Below are positions 19,901 to 26,525 of a stretch of DNA of 38,603 bases, in pieces. The position numbers and the translations under genes are program-made. How positions within the stretch are numbered: the first letter of the stretch is position 1; every line of letters begins with the position of its first letter. The DNA comes from an uncultured bacterium (GTDB lineage Bacteria > Patescibacteriota > Minisyncoccia > Moranbacterales > UBA1568). The notes beneath the pieces are model-generated. The model saw only the letters and a list, made by a program, of their open reading frames with translations, was not told the DNA's origin and did no database searches. The stretch covers positions 1 to 38,603 of the forward strand of contig CALMHZ010000022.1 in assembly GCA_937864125.1 (NCBI GenBank), in the 5' to 3' direction.

Positions 19901-20266
19901 AAAAAGATCTGGCGGAATGACCACCTTGCTTCCAAGAGTCGTTCGCATGACCCCATTGCGAACTTCTATTTCCTGCGCCTCCTCCCACAATCGGAAGCCC
20001 GCATCGGCATCGGAAGGGAAGGCATCCCGGACCGTTCGATCCTTGCTGTAAAGCCTGAATCGCACTTGATACTTTCCGTTTATCGGCTCATTTTTTACAT
20101 CAAAGAGGGAAAGAGAAATGCTTATTTGTTCCAATGACTGCGAAAAAACGACTGCAGGTCCTCCCTGCCACCATAGGTGCATCCCCGCTATCAGTATCAC
20201 AGCCAGGATGCGTATGAAGTTTTTATGGAATTTTTGTGTTACATATGTCTTCATTGGTGCTCTCAA
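14000..20266 (-). CDS. Giant (2088 aa) Gly/Thr/Ser-rich fibre-like surface protein: N-terminal hydrophobic anchor/signal, tail-fibre-like motifs, beta-solenoid-type repeats, three ~200-aa modules, coiled coil, C-terminal globular domain
   Basis: A single uninterrupted 6267-nt frame. The N-terminus is MRAPMKTYVTQKFHKNFIRILAVILIAGMHLWW. Recurrent GGT[GN] motifs occur (VSRGGTNSATLG, VANGGTGLTTL, QYGGTGAATL, ISKGGTNATTLG). There are about 15 repeats of 17 residues (NxFxGxxAGxxNTTGxx). The motif NTIEE[IV]D[LF]E[AV]TN[AV]PT occurs three times. A heptad-like segment LQASIDAELLSVSEALSDIEKA...LATLEEEMTTLSDQSQALLEFF is present. An alternative start lies at Met5 (20254). Confidence 0.85.
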   Translation of the reverse strand: MRAPMKTYVTQKFHKNFIRILAVILIAGMHLWWQGGPAVVFSQSLEQISISLSLFDVKNEPINGKYQVRFRLYSKDRTVRDAFPSDADAGFRLWEEAQEIEVRNGVMRTTLGSKVVIPPDLFSGDKDYYLGIRIGEDSEIVPRKKITSVPSAFSANTARTLNGKTFGTNGGDIPALDAKGKIDIKILPTGTGTKQLLLGSDGRLHDQNTDTGTSSEVFNIGSGSSPSASNFDLTVSNATAPAALRYNGATQSWQFSNDGTIFSDITSGAGSVSGTGTMGSVAYWTGTGTIGSETYLAVSRGGTNSATLGSAGSIAYSTGSSYGFSSVGSAGQALISGGSGIPTWTTLGGGSITADSLDFTELKDLLTLDASTDISITGSNALSLTNTGTGNSFLVSDQASDTTPFVIDASGNVGVGTSGPTQKLDIAGSINVSAGSAYRYNGTPVITAQPSLNNYFFGNAGNLTMTGAENTFVGSQSGFSNTTGIQNAFFGSYAGYANTTGSYNSFFGDSAGQYTTTTSGNSFFGNEAGRYNTTGFDNSFFGNVAGNSNTTGFENTYVGSFAGLYNETGTANTIIGYTAAGYDGGGSYSYNTILGHYAAGYLSTGSANTIIGKSAGRLNTTGANNAFLGAYASQSNTTGSGNTALGYQAGYNSSVALSTNANSVFIGRDANTSVDGLTNAIAVGYQAQATQSNQVVLGNASITQTLLRGNVGLGDTTPASLLTVGNGDLFQVNSTGAIASAAGITSSGTITFSGLSSAGLVTNSAGGVLGTTTGTSGQLLVANASNIPTFVTLSGDASLSNTGVLSLGIGSVVGANIASNTIEEIDLEVTNAPTGGFILSYDSTTGGFTWIANSGGTGSSKYTDNGTYTFLTDTTDDLVLGGSAIDTGFFFDVSASTLAFEGATADAFETTLGVVDPSADRSINLPNASGTVITTGNLSSITATGTVTSGTWQGTTIAVANGGTGLTTLPTNGVLLGNGTSPLSSASGTAGQLLVANATNVPSFTALSGDGTLSSAGVLTLSASSVAGVEIADNTIEEVDFEATNAPTDGYLLSFSNATGGFTWVSSGAVGAGDITDVGSCTSGGCFIDGTNHTLTFDGSVIDAFEITLSVANPTADRTITLPDATGTVALLNAGQTFTSALWNGTVVGAQYGGTGINGAAAAAGTVLIGNGSGYTLATMTQGTGITITNGAGSITINSTLGTDISGAEIANNTIEEVDLEATNVPTNGYVLSYDSTTAGFTWISNTAGTGTSKWTDTGTLTYLTDIADDLAIGGTTGIASRFFFDVTTGNQIVFEGTGADDLNETTLLITNPTADRTITLPDATGTVALLNAGQTFTSALWNGTVIGAQYGGTGAATLTSKGVLYGNGTSAISATAAGTSGQVLLGVTAGNPGFATLSGDASITDAGVFTIASNAVLLTTDTVGNYVATITAGNGISGASAAEGGTPTLALSALTSDWSQSGAFDIILGNAFSEIKILESSGATFFGAFDVGDLSADQTYSFTTGGTVFTSGNDGSGSTLDADLLDGQDGSYYGNLANMTGVLAISKGGTNATTLGAAGTLPYSDGTSYAFQSAAGSTGQALVSGGTATPTWYAPTIGSVLFAGISGALEQDNTNLFWNDSSNRLGLGTTVPSTRLDVSGLTLATDADSTVGAANFTFSLTKNDALTKTYPGLRILPTINTGLSNTTTTLNVLGIDTVNTATTGVTTNLIKASYGGVEQFLLASNGNVTATGQVNGADGLTTKVNAGACDDTTFSTDTDGTICIDSTNGRIYYRYGGAWHYSAQTAGFQIPDYEAYSYDFDRKSFNEDKPLAQGDFLMPFVENPMQDGALHGLYAKFSDVKGTLFAEEHEKLATLSLKTDQNVTTLGSLQASIDAELLSVSEALSDIEKASSKTDDRTTALDTRVFALEEEQSRTRSSLATLEEEMTTLSDQSQALLEFFTTLDMQRLVATDKEGNVDLLGGSIKARLLTTGGIVIENQDIEAPTIGTAVLYPKAIDADQDGRDDFSGEAMDEAGERDGKSVRVMTKAMIPMMKGSQVFTSFTGNPGGFSWVEKYVNDEGDYVGFDIRVSEPITAPIKIDWWLVERR
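16204..16335 (-). repeat. Copy B of a 132-bp near-identical direct repeat inside the giant gene
   Basis: cggttccgccatattgcgctccgatgacggtcccgttccaaagggcgctcgtgaaggtctggcccgcgttgagaagcgccacggttccggtcgcatcgggcaaggtgatcgtccgatcggccgtcgggttcg. It differs from copy A at 5 positions and encodes ADRTITLPDATGTVALLNAGQTFTSALWNGTVIGAQYGGTG. Confidence 0.9.
16801..16932 (-). repeat. Copy A of the 132-bp near-identical direct repeat inside the giant gene (597 nt = 199 codons from copy B)
   Basis: Same sequence as 16204-16335 apart from five substitutions (four transitions and one C/G transversion). It encodes ADRTITLPDATGTVALLNAGQTFTSALWNGTVVGAQYGGTG. A third, diverged copy (ADRSINLPNASGTVITTGNL...VANGGTG) lies at about 17371-17513. 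Confidence 0.9.
18152..18910 (-). repeat. Coding tandem repeats of 51 nt / 17 residues (about 15 units) within the giant gene
   Basis: Translated units: NNYFFGNAGNLTMTGAE, NTFVGSQSGFSNTTGIQ, NAFFGSYAGYANTTGSY, NSFFGDSAGQYTTTTSG, NSFFGNEAGRYNTTGFD, NSFFGNVAGNSNTTGFE, NTYVGSFAGLYNETGTA, NTILGHYAAGYLSTGSA, NTIIGKSAGRLNTTGAN, NAFLGAYASQSNTTGSG and so on, ending NAIAVGYQAQATQSNQVVLGNASITQT. Confidence 0.85.
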
Positions 20267-20338
20267 ATACCTCTCAGGAGAGAGGCTCAGCTCCTCGAAT
20301 TATATCACAACAAGGAATTGTAAAGAAGGCTTCCGCGA

Positions 20339-21040
20339 CTACTTATCGACCGCCCACCCGAACACATCTCCTACGGCTCCGGCGATAAGCTCGAACAAGG
20401 ACACCTCGCGCGCGCCGGTATACACGGCGTACGGATCGCTCTTCGCGGTGTTACCCCACTTATCCCGGCTCGCTATGGTATAGATATAAGTCGATGCGGG
20501 GGCAAGTTCGGGAATGATGAGGCTGTGATTGGTGCCGTACGCTTCTTCGCGGATCACGCCCTCGGCGGCCTCGATGTTCTTCCCGTAGGATACTTCCGAT
20601 AATGCGGGTTTGCTCGTCTCCCAGGTGATCACGAGTTGCGATCCTTTTTTATTTTTTTCGGTAAACGCCTCCCCTCTCACCGACAGGATCTCAAGGGGCG
20701 TGACATCTATCTCAGGAATGGTAAGGGCAGCCTCTCCTCCAAGAGCGATATCCCCGACCCGGAAATGTTCGCTCTGGTAAAGAGCATCCGTGGGAAGCGC
20801 CGGCTCAACGGCAGTCACGGGCTTCTCACTTTCTTTCGGAGCCGAAAGGGGCGCGGCGCTTATGGGAGCCGCTTGCGTCGGAGCTGTTTCAGGGGCCGCC
20901 GTGAAAAAACGCTGCCAGAGGAAAAAACCTGCCACGGCGAGAATCCCGGTGGCCACAAAAGAACCCAGGAATAAAAAAAGGCGTCGCTTGGGTTTCAAGG
21001 GAAGAGAAGGGACTGATGCGTCCGGAGGAATTTCAGGCAT
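20339..21040 (-). CDS. Membrane-anchored protein with a Pro/Ala-rich linker and an FN3-like (purple-acid-phosphatase-N-like) domain
   Basis: I prefer the start at Met60 of the listed ORF (ATG at 21040-21038): MPEIPPDAS...RRLFLFLGSFVATGILAVAGFFLW. The longer version (to 21217) would overlap the divergent manC start and has an implausible leader. The FN3-like segment is QLVITWETSKPALSEVSYG...HSLIIPELAPASTYIYTIASRDKWGN. Confidence 0.6.
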   Translation of the reverse strand: MPEIPPDASVPSLPLKPKRRLFLFLGSFVATGILAVAGFFLWQRFFTAAPETAPTQAAPISAAPLSAPKESEKPVTAVEPALPTDALYQSEHFRVGDIALGGEAALTIPEIDVTPLEILSVRGEAFTEKNKKGSQLVITWETSKPALSEVSYGKNIEAAEGVIREEAYGTNHSLIIPELAPASTYIYTIASRDKWGNTAKSDPYAVYTGAREVSLFELIAGAVGDVFGWAVDK

Positions 21041-21110
21041 ATCTTTACGAAAAAAAAGATACGATGCCCTTACTATATCACGAATACCGCTCATTCGACA
21101 GGGAGAGCGC

Positions 21111-21139
21111 TTGCCGAAGACGCGGTTTCCCCGTATGAT
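21111..21139 (+). promoter_or_regulatory. Candidate promoter for manC in the divergent intergenic region
   Basis: TTGCCG-17 nt-TATGAT on the + strand, ending 28 nt before the ATG at 21168. Confidence 0.3.
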
Positions 21140-21167
21140 TTTCAGGTATCCTTTTTGATTCACTCCT

Positions 21168-22265
21168 ATGGATGATAAGCGGAGAGTGATCGTCATCATG
21201 GCAGGAGGATCCGGCACGCGGCTCTGGCCCCTCTCCCGGAAAGATGATCCGAAGCAGTTTCAAGCGCTCCTCTCGAAACACACCCTCCTCGAAGAGACAT
21301 TCAAACGAGCTCTTTTGGTGGTGCCGGAACAGGACATATATATTTCAACCACCGCCCGCTACCAAGAAAAGGTTCAGGCGATACTCCCCAATGTTCCTAC
21401 GGACAGGCTGATCATCGAACCGGAAGCGCGAGGCACGGCGGCAGCGATCCTTTTGGTCACTGCTTTTTTCGAAACTTTCTCATCCAGGACCATCATAGCG
21501 ACCATCGCCTCCGATCACGCTATCGAAAACGATGACGCCTTTGCGGCCGCGCTTACACTGGGTCTCGACACGATAGCCGAAGACCCAACGAAACTCGCGG
21601 TCCTCGGCATCAATCCCACCGCTCCCGATACGGGTCTCGGCTACATAAAAATGGGAGGAGCTTTCAAGTCCGCGCATGACAAGGAGGTGTTTTTCGTCGA
21701 GGAATTCAAAGAAAAACCGACGAAAGATCAAGCGGAGATATATCTTGCGGACTGGAAATATCTCTGGAATGCAGGATATTTCATATTCGCTTCCGATACC
21801 ATGGAAACATGGATGGGCGAATATATGGACAAGGGGGCGGCTACACTGAAGATCATCAAGGATGCCCTCGCGACGGATGACCAAGATATGCTGGAAACGG
21901 CTTATCAGGATTGTACGACGGATGCCATCGAACCCGTCCTTGTGGAAAAACTGCGCGAAGAATCGAGACTCGTTATTCCGACACATATGATATGGAGCGA
22001 TATCGGAACGTGGAACAGTCTCTTTTCCTCGCTAAAAAACAAGTATGACACCGACCTTGTCTTAAGCGAGCGAGTCGTCGCGCATGCAAGCGGAAATACT
22101 CTTGTGCAAAGCCGTACAAAAAAGGTGGTCGCCCTTCTCGGGGTCAAAGATCTTATCATCATCGATACCGAGGACGCCCTCCTTATCGCCCACCGAAAAG
22201 ATACGCAAGACATAAAAATTCTCCTCAAGTCCATGAAGGACCGGGGGTACGAACGCCTTCTTTAG
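21168..22265 (+). CDS. manC: Mannose-1-phosphate guanylyltransferase (GDP-mannose pyrophosphorylase), nucleotidyltransferase domain only
   Basis: 365-aa ORF. The N-terminal signature is VIVIMAGGSGTRLWPLSRKDDPKQF, followed by GYIKMG and WNAGYFIF motifs typical of ManC/GMP enzymes. This is the only gene on the + strand. Confidence 0.82.
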   Translation: MDDKRRVIVIMAGGSGTRLWPLSRKDDPKQFQALLSKHTLLEETFKRALLVVPEQDIYISTTARYQEKVQAILPNVPTDRLIIEPEARGTAAAILLVTAFFETFSSRTIIATIASDHAIENDDAFAAALTLGLDTIAEDPTKLAVLGINPTAPDTGLGYIKMGGAFKSAHDKEVFFVEEFKEKPTKDQAEIYLADWKYLWNAGYFIFASDTMETWMGEYMDKGAATLKIIKDALATDDQDMLETAYQDCTTDAIEPVLVEKLREESRLVIPTHMIWSDIGTWNSLFSSLKNKYDTDLVLSERVVAHASGNTLVQSRTKKVVALLGVKDLIIIDTEDALLIAHRKDTQDIKILLKSMKDRGYERLL

Positions 22266-22298
22266 ATTTCGACCCGAGGAGCGAGAAGACACGTGGAA

Positions 22299-22709
22299 TC
22301 AGAAATTTTTCGATGAATCAAGCCATTCTTGGAGTATGATTCGGGCGGCCTCCGCGTCATTGGATGACGCGATATTTTTCGCTCCCCGCTCCTTAAGATT
22401 CTCGATGGCCATTTTCGTCGTAAACATCTCGTTATGGAAAAAAACTTTCACCGACAAGGCTTTTTCCAAAACCTGACCGAATGATTTCCCGCCCGAGGCG
22501 GAATTCGAAGAGTGCGCATACAACGGAGCCCCGATTATTATCGTATCGGCTCCACGCTCTTTTATGATATCCTTGCACCGATCAAAAAGCGTAGCATCGT
22601 TCTTAAGGGTGGCGATCGCAAACGCGATGCGGGTCTCCCTCTCCGCGAAGGACACTCCGATCCGGGCCTCCCCCCAATCTATTCCAAGATAGTTTCCAGG
22701 TTCATTCAT
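22299..22709 (-). CDS. ruvX: Putative pre-16S rRNA nuclease / Holliday junction resolvase-like protein YqgF
   Basis: 136 aa with N-terminus YLGIDWGEARIGVSFA (YqgF/RuvX motif). It overlaps the map stop by 8 nt. Confidence 0.8.
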   Translation of the reverse strand: MNEPGNYLGIDWGEARIGVSFAERETRIAFAIATLKNDATLFDRCKDIIKERGADTIIIGAPLYAHSSNSASGGKSFGQVLEKALSVKVFFHNEMFTTKMAIENLKERGAKNIASSNDAEAARIILQEWLDSSKNF

Positions 22710-23478
22710 GACTCGTTCGAGTAACGATTTCTACTCCGCTCTCCGTAATAATGAGGGTATCCTCGAAGTGAGCGGACAAGCTCCCGTCCGCCGTCTTATA
22801 TGTCCATCCGTCATCCGCGAGGCGGACCGCCGGACGCCCCATGTTCACCATAGGCTCAAGAGCGACGCTCATGCCCTTTCGAAAAGAAAAATTTTCCATA
22901 CCTTTCACGAAATAATTCGGGATATTCGGCTCTTCATGAAGCTCCCGCCCCACCCCATGGCCGACGAGGTCCCGTACCACCGAAAAACCGTTCTGTTTCA
23001 CCCGCGACTCGACCGCCTGCGCGAACCGCGAAAGCCGTACGCCTGAACGCAGCTTCGATATGCCCAGATCAAGACTCTCCTTCGTCGCCGTTATGAGTCG
23101 CGCGGCATCCGGAGCGATCGCGCCGACCGGAAACGTTCTCGCCATGTCCGTTATCATGCCCTGGTAGCGCATACCGATATCGAGCTTCAAAATATCGCCT
23201 TCCCTGAGGATACGGGATGAAGGTATTCCGTGCACGACTTCCTCATTCACCGAAATGCAGATCGCGGCAGGGAAAGGCTTCCCCCACTCGGATCCATATC
23301 CCTTGAATATGGGCATACCGCCTTGCTTGCGTATCAAGCGCTCTGCCTCTTCGCCGAGCAAGCGCGTTGAAATACCCGGAGCTACCGATAAGGCAAGCTC
23401 GGCGAGCACGACCGAAAGCCGGGCCCCCGATTCCCGCAACCCTTCTATCTCTTTCTCGGATTTGATCCATTCATTCAT
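22702..23478 (-). CDS. map: Methionine aminopeptidase, type I
   Basis: 258 aa with metal-ligand context VVHGIP, ILKLDIG...DMARTF, VGHGVGRELHEEP and FEDTLIIT. Confidence 0.9.
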   Translation of the reverse strand: MNEWIKSEKEIEGLRESGARLSVVLAELALSVAPGISTRLLGEEAERLIRKQGGMPIFKGYGSEWGKPFPAAICISVNEEVVHGIPSSRILREGDILKLDIGMRYQGMITDMARTFPVGAIAPDAARLITATKESLDLGISKLRSGVRLSRFAQAVESRVKQNGFSVVRDLVGHGVGRELHEEPNIPNYFVKGMENFSFRKGMSVALEPMVNMGRPAVRLADDGWTYKTADGSLSAHFEDTLIITESGVEIVTRTSHE

Positions 23479-24152
23479 ACGAGCCGATCGGTAATAATAC
23501 GCTCTATCTCGCGGAAAATATTTTCCGGAGCATTGTTTCCCGGTATGCGCGAGAGCTGTCCTTTGGCTTCAAAATACTGGAGCACCGGCATGGTATCATC
23601 ATGAAAAATCTTCCACCGTCTGCTCACTCCCTCGGGCGTATCATCGGTCCGTTGACTTACTTTCCCTCCGCACGCGGGACATCGCTCTTTTGCATCAAAA
23701 AAATTCTCGCCGAAAATAAGCTTCATGCCACAGTCAAGACAAGAGAATCGCCGCGAAATACGCTCGACGGAATCCGTTTCCGCAAGCTCTATGAAAATCA
23801 CTTTTCGGAATCGCTTGCCATAGCGCTCGATCAAAGAAAGCACTTCATCGATCTGATTCTCCCGCCGCGGCGCCCCATCGATCATCACCGACTGTCCTCT
23901 CGGCATATCCCGGAGAGCATTCTCAAGCACCGCGTGCACGATCTCGTCCGGTACCAGCTGTTGACGGCGATTCATCATTTCGTTCACCTTCATCCCGAAA
24001 GGAGTTGGCTCCTGCGCCGACTTCCGCAATGCGGCTCCCATATCGATATGTTCGATCCCAAGCTTCACGCGGCACATTTCCGCTTGGGTGCTTTTTCCGC
24101 TTCCCGGCGGTCCGAGAAGAATAAAAGCTTCCGCGGCGTTCATGATTTCCAT
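23475..24152 (-). CDS. adk: Adenylate kinase with a four-Cys zinc lid
   Basis: 225 aa with P-loop ILLGPPGSGKSTQAE. The lid reads CLDCG...CPACGG. It overlaps map by 4 nt. Confidence 0.9.
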   Translation of the reverse strand: MEIMNAAEAFILLGPPGSGKSTQAEMCRVKLGIEHIDMGAALRKSAQEPTPFGMKVNEMMNRRQQLVPDEIVHAVLENALRDMPRGQSVMIDGAPRRENQIDEVLSLIERYGKRFRKVIFIELAETDSVERISRRFSCLDCGMKLIFGENFFDAKERCPACGGKVSQRTDDTPEGVSRRWKIFHDDTMPVLQYFEAKGQLSRIPGNNAPENIFREIERIITDRLV

Positions 24153-24173
24153 GATATATCCCTAAGGTTCCTA

Positions 24174-25445
24174 TTAAAATCCCTCGTAGTTGCGCATCGC
24201 GAGCTGCCCTTGCATCTGCTTGATGATTTCAAGCACAACGGAGACGACGATAAGTACTGAGACGCCGCCGAGCTGGAGAGCTTGGATGTTCGTCACATTC
24301 TGCACGACAAAGGGAAGCACGGCGATGGATCCGAGAAAGATCGCGCCGGCAAGCGTGATACGATTGATGATGTGCCCGAGATATTGAGCGGTCGCATTCC
24401 CGGGACGGATACCCGGAATGAATCCTCCTTGTTTCTGGAGATTTTCGGAAATCTTGTATGGATCAAAGATGACGGCCGTATAAAAATAAGTGAACATAGC
24501 GACCAGCACGAAGTACATCCCTGAGTATATCCATGGATCCTGAAGAAACGCGTTGACAGCGATGGCGATATCCGCAACCTTCCCTCCGCCGGAGGAAGCG
24601 AGGTAGCTTGCTATCATGCTCGGAATAAGTATGATCGATACGGCGAAAATGATCGGGATGACCCCCGCCTGATTGACCTTGAGCGGCAGATGAGTGGAGG
24701 TCCCGCCATACACCCGGCTTCCCCGGACACGCTTGGCATACGATATCGGGATGATACGCTGTCCGTCGTTGACAAACACCACTCCCGCGATAGTAACCAG
24801 CGCGATCAGAAAAAAGAGGAGATAGGTAAAAGCCTGCGACGGATCCCATGTGGAAAAGAGACGCGCGAATGCCGTAGGGACACCCGCGATGATGCCCGCA
24901 AAAATAAGTATGGAAACCCCGTTCCCCAATCCTTTTTCCGTGATAAGCTCACCAAGCCACATGAGAAGCACGGTTCCCGCGACCGCCGTCACCACCATCA
25001 CCGTCATCATGAAGGGCGAGAGATCACCCAATACATTCTGGGATCGCAGGAGAGAAATCATCGCGAACGACTGCACGGTAGCAAGCGGAAGGGTGAGCCA
25101 CCTCGTCCACATATTGAATTTCTGCCGCCCCGCCTCCCCCTCTTCCTTGTTGAGCTTTTCAAGCTTGGGGAAAATCATCGTCATAAGCTGCATGATGATG
25201 GAGGCCGTGATGTAAGGGGCGACTCCGAGAAGCACGATGGAGATATTGGAAAGCCCTCCTCCAGAAAAAATATTCAGCAGACCGAGCAGCTGATTCCCCT
25301 CGAAAATACTCCGAAGCGCCAAGACATCCACCCCGGGAAGCGGGATATTCGCCGCGAATCGATACACGACCAAAACTCCGAGAATAAAGAGTATTTTCTC
25401 CCGTAATTCAGAAACGCCCCAGATTTTCCGAAGTGCGCTCATCAT
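24174..25445 (-). CDS. secY: Preprotein translocase subunit SecY
   Basis: 423-aa ten-helix membrane protein (GVAPYITASIIMQLM, FVNDGQRIIPISYAKR, GFIPGIRPG) in the canonical position after L15. Confidence 0.95.
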   Translation of the reverse strand: MMSALRKIWGVSELREKILFILGVLVVYRFAANIPLPGVDVLALRSIFEGNQLLGLLNIFSGGGLSNISIVLLGVAPYITASIIMQLMTMIFPKLEKLNKEEGEAGRQKFNMWTRWLTLPLATVQSFAMISLLRSQNVLGDLSPFMMTVMVVTAVAGTVLLMWLGELITEKGLGNGVSILIFAGIIAGVPTAFARLFSTWDPSQAFTYLLFFLIALVTIAGVVFVNDGQRIIPISYAKRVRGSRVYGGTSTHLPLKVNQAGVIPIIFAVSIILIPSMIASYLASSGGGKVADIAIAVNAFLQDPWIYSGMYFVLVAMFTYFYTAVIFDPYKISENLQKQGGFIPGIRPGNATAQYLGHIINRITLAGAIFLGSIAVLPFVVQNVTNIQALQLGGVSVLIVVSVVLEIIKQMQGQLAMRNYEGF

Positions 25446-25490
25446 GATTTTTGGAATATCGTTTTTGTATGAGAAGGGGGAAAGGCAATA

Positions 25491-25931
25491 TTACGCCTCT
25501 TTGACGGTGCTTCCACTTTTTTGTATCGCCAGAAGAGCCGTGTCGGAAAACCGTATCCGGGAATCGAACAAAAGCGCCTTAGAAAGAGTGCCGCTCGATA
25601 TGACCTTGAATCCCCCCATCACATTTTTTGGTGAGAAAAGCTTCTTTTTAAGCAGGGTCGCGCGGCTTACCTCTTCTCCCGCCTCGAAATGACGATCAAG
25701 GAATGCGAGCGTGATAGCGGTCCGCTTCGATCGAGGAGACTTGAAGCCCTTCACTTTTTTCATCCTCTCGATAAGCGAAGTCCGTCCGCCTTCGAACAAA
25801 GGATCAACCGAAGATCCCGAGCGGGACTTCTGTCCTTTGGTGCCCCGGCCGGAAGTCGTCCCTCGACGCCCCCCGCGCGCGATGCGCTTGCGGCTCTTCT
25901 TCTTTTCGACTGAAAGTGTATGAATCTGCAT
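25491..25931 (-). CDS. rplO: 50S ribosomal protein L15
   Basis: 146 aa, with IARGGRRGTTSGRGTKGQKSRSG. It lies 9 nt downstream of rpsE. Confidence 0.92.
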   Translation of the reverse strand: MQIHTLSVEKKKSRKRIARGGRRGTTSGRGTKGQKSRSGSSVDPLFEGGRTSLIERMKKVKGFKSPRSKRTAITLAFLDRHFEAGEEVSRATLLKKKLFSPKNVMGGFKVISSGTLSKALLFDSRIRFSDTALLAIQKSGSTVKEA

Positions 25932-25940
25932 AGTGATCTC

Positions 25941-26498
25941 TTATGACTTCAACGCATGTGTTATAGGCTCTTCTTCTTTCGCCTTCGCCTCTTTTATTGA
26001 TGGAGATGACGGAGCGGTTTCTTCCGCTTTCGCGACATTCTTCAAATCCCCCAAGGCAAGGATGGTCGCGCGGGCGAGATTGAGCGAATTCGATGATCCG
26101 AGAGACTTCGATACCACGTCTTTCACTCCGAGAAGATCCATGACCGCGCGCACAGCACCTCCGGCGATGAGCCCCCGTCCTTCTTTTCCGGGCTTGAGCA
26201 TCACTTTGGCGCTTCCATATTTCGCGCGCACATCATGAGCGATCGTTCCGCCGACGAGCGTGACGGTCGAAAGGCTCTTCTTCGCATCATTGAAGGCTTT
26301 CTGAATAGCATCGGACACATCGCTTCCCTTGGCGATTCCGACCCCGACTTTTCCCTTCCGATTGCCGATAACCAGCGTAGCACGGAATCGGAATCGGCGT
26401 CCTCCTTTTACCACACGGGTAACGCGCGCCAAATCAAGGAGTTTCTGATCATACTCCGGCTTCTCTCTCCGCCCCATTTTTTTCATCGGCTTTGCCAT
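25941..26498 (-). CDS. rpsE: 30S ribosomal protein S5
   Basis: 185 aa, with VTRVVKGGRRFRFRATLVIGNRKGKVGVGIAKG. It has a short acidic/Lys-rich C-terminal tail. Confidence 0.93.
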   Translation of the reverse strand: MAKPMKKMGRREKPEYDQKLLDLARVTRVVKGGRRFRFRATLVIGNRKGKVGVGIAKGSDVSDAIQKAFNDAKKSLSTVTLVGGTIAHDVRAKYGSAKVMLKPGKEGRGLIAGGAVRAVMDLLGVKDVVSKSLGSSNSLNLARATILALGDLKNVAKAEETAPSSPSIKEAKAKEEEPITHALKS

Positions 26499-26525
26499 AG
26501 GATTTTCCGATCACTTTAGAAAATA

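Noticed and set aside
14000-21040. Prophage remnant, because of the tail-fibre-like motifs
   Set aside because: No capsid, terminase, portal, baseplate, integrase or lysis genes flank it. The neighbours are membrane and glycosylation-type cellular genes and an rRNA operon.
21041-21217. Longer N-terminal version of the FN3-like ORF (start at 21217)
   Set aside because: It would overlap the divergent manC start codon and its promoter region. It would also add 59 residues of non-protein-like sequence before the obvious Met plus TM-helix start at 21040.
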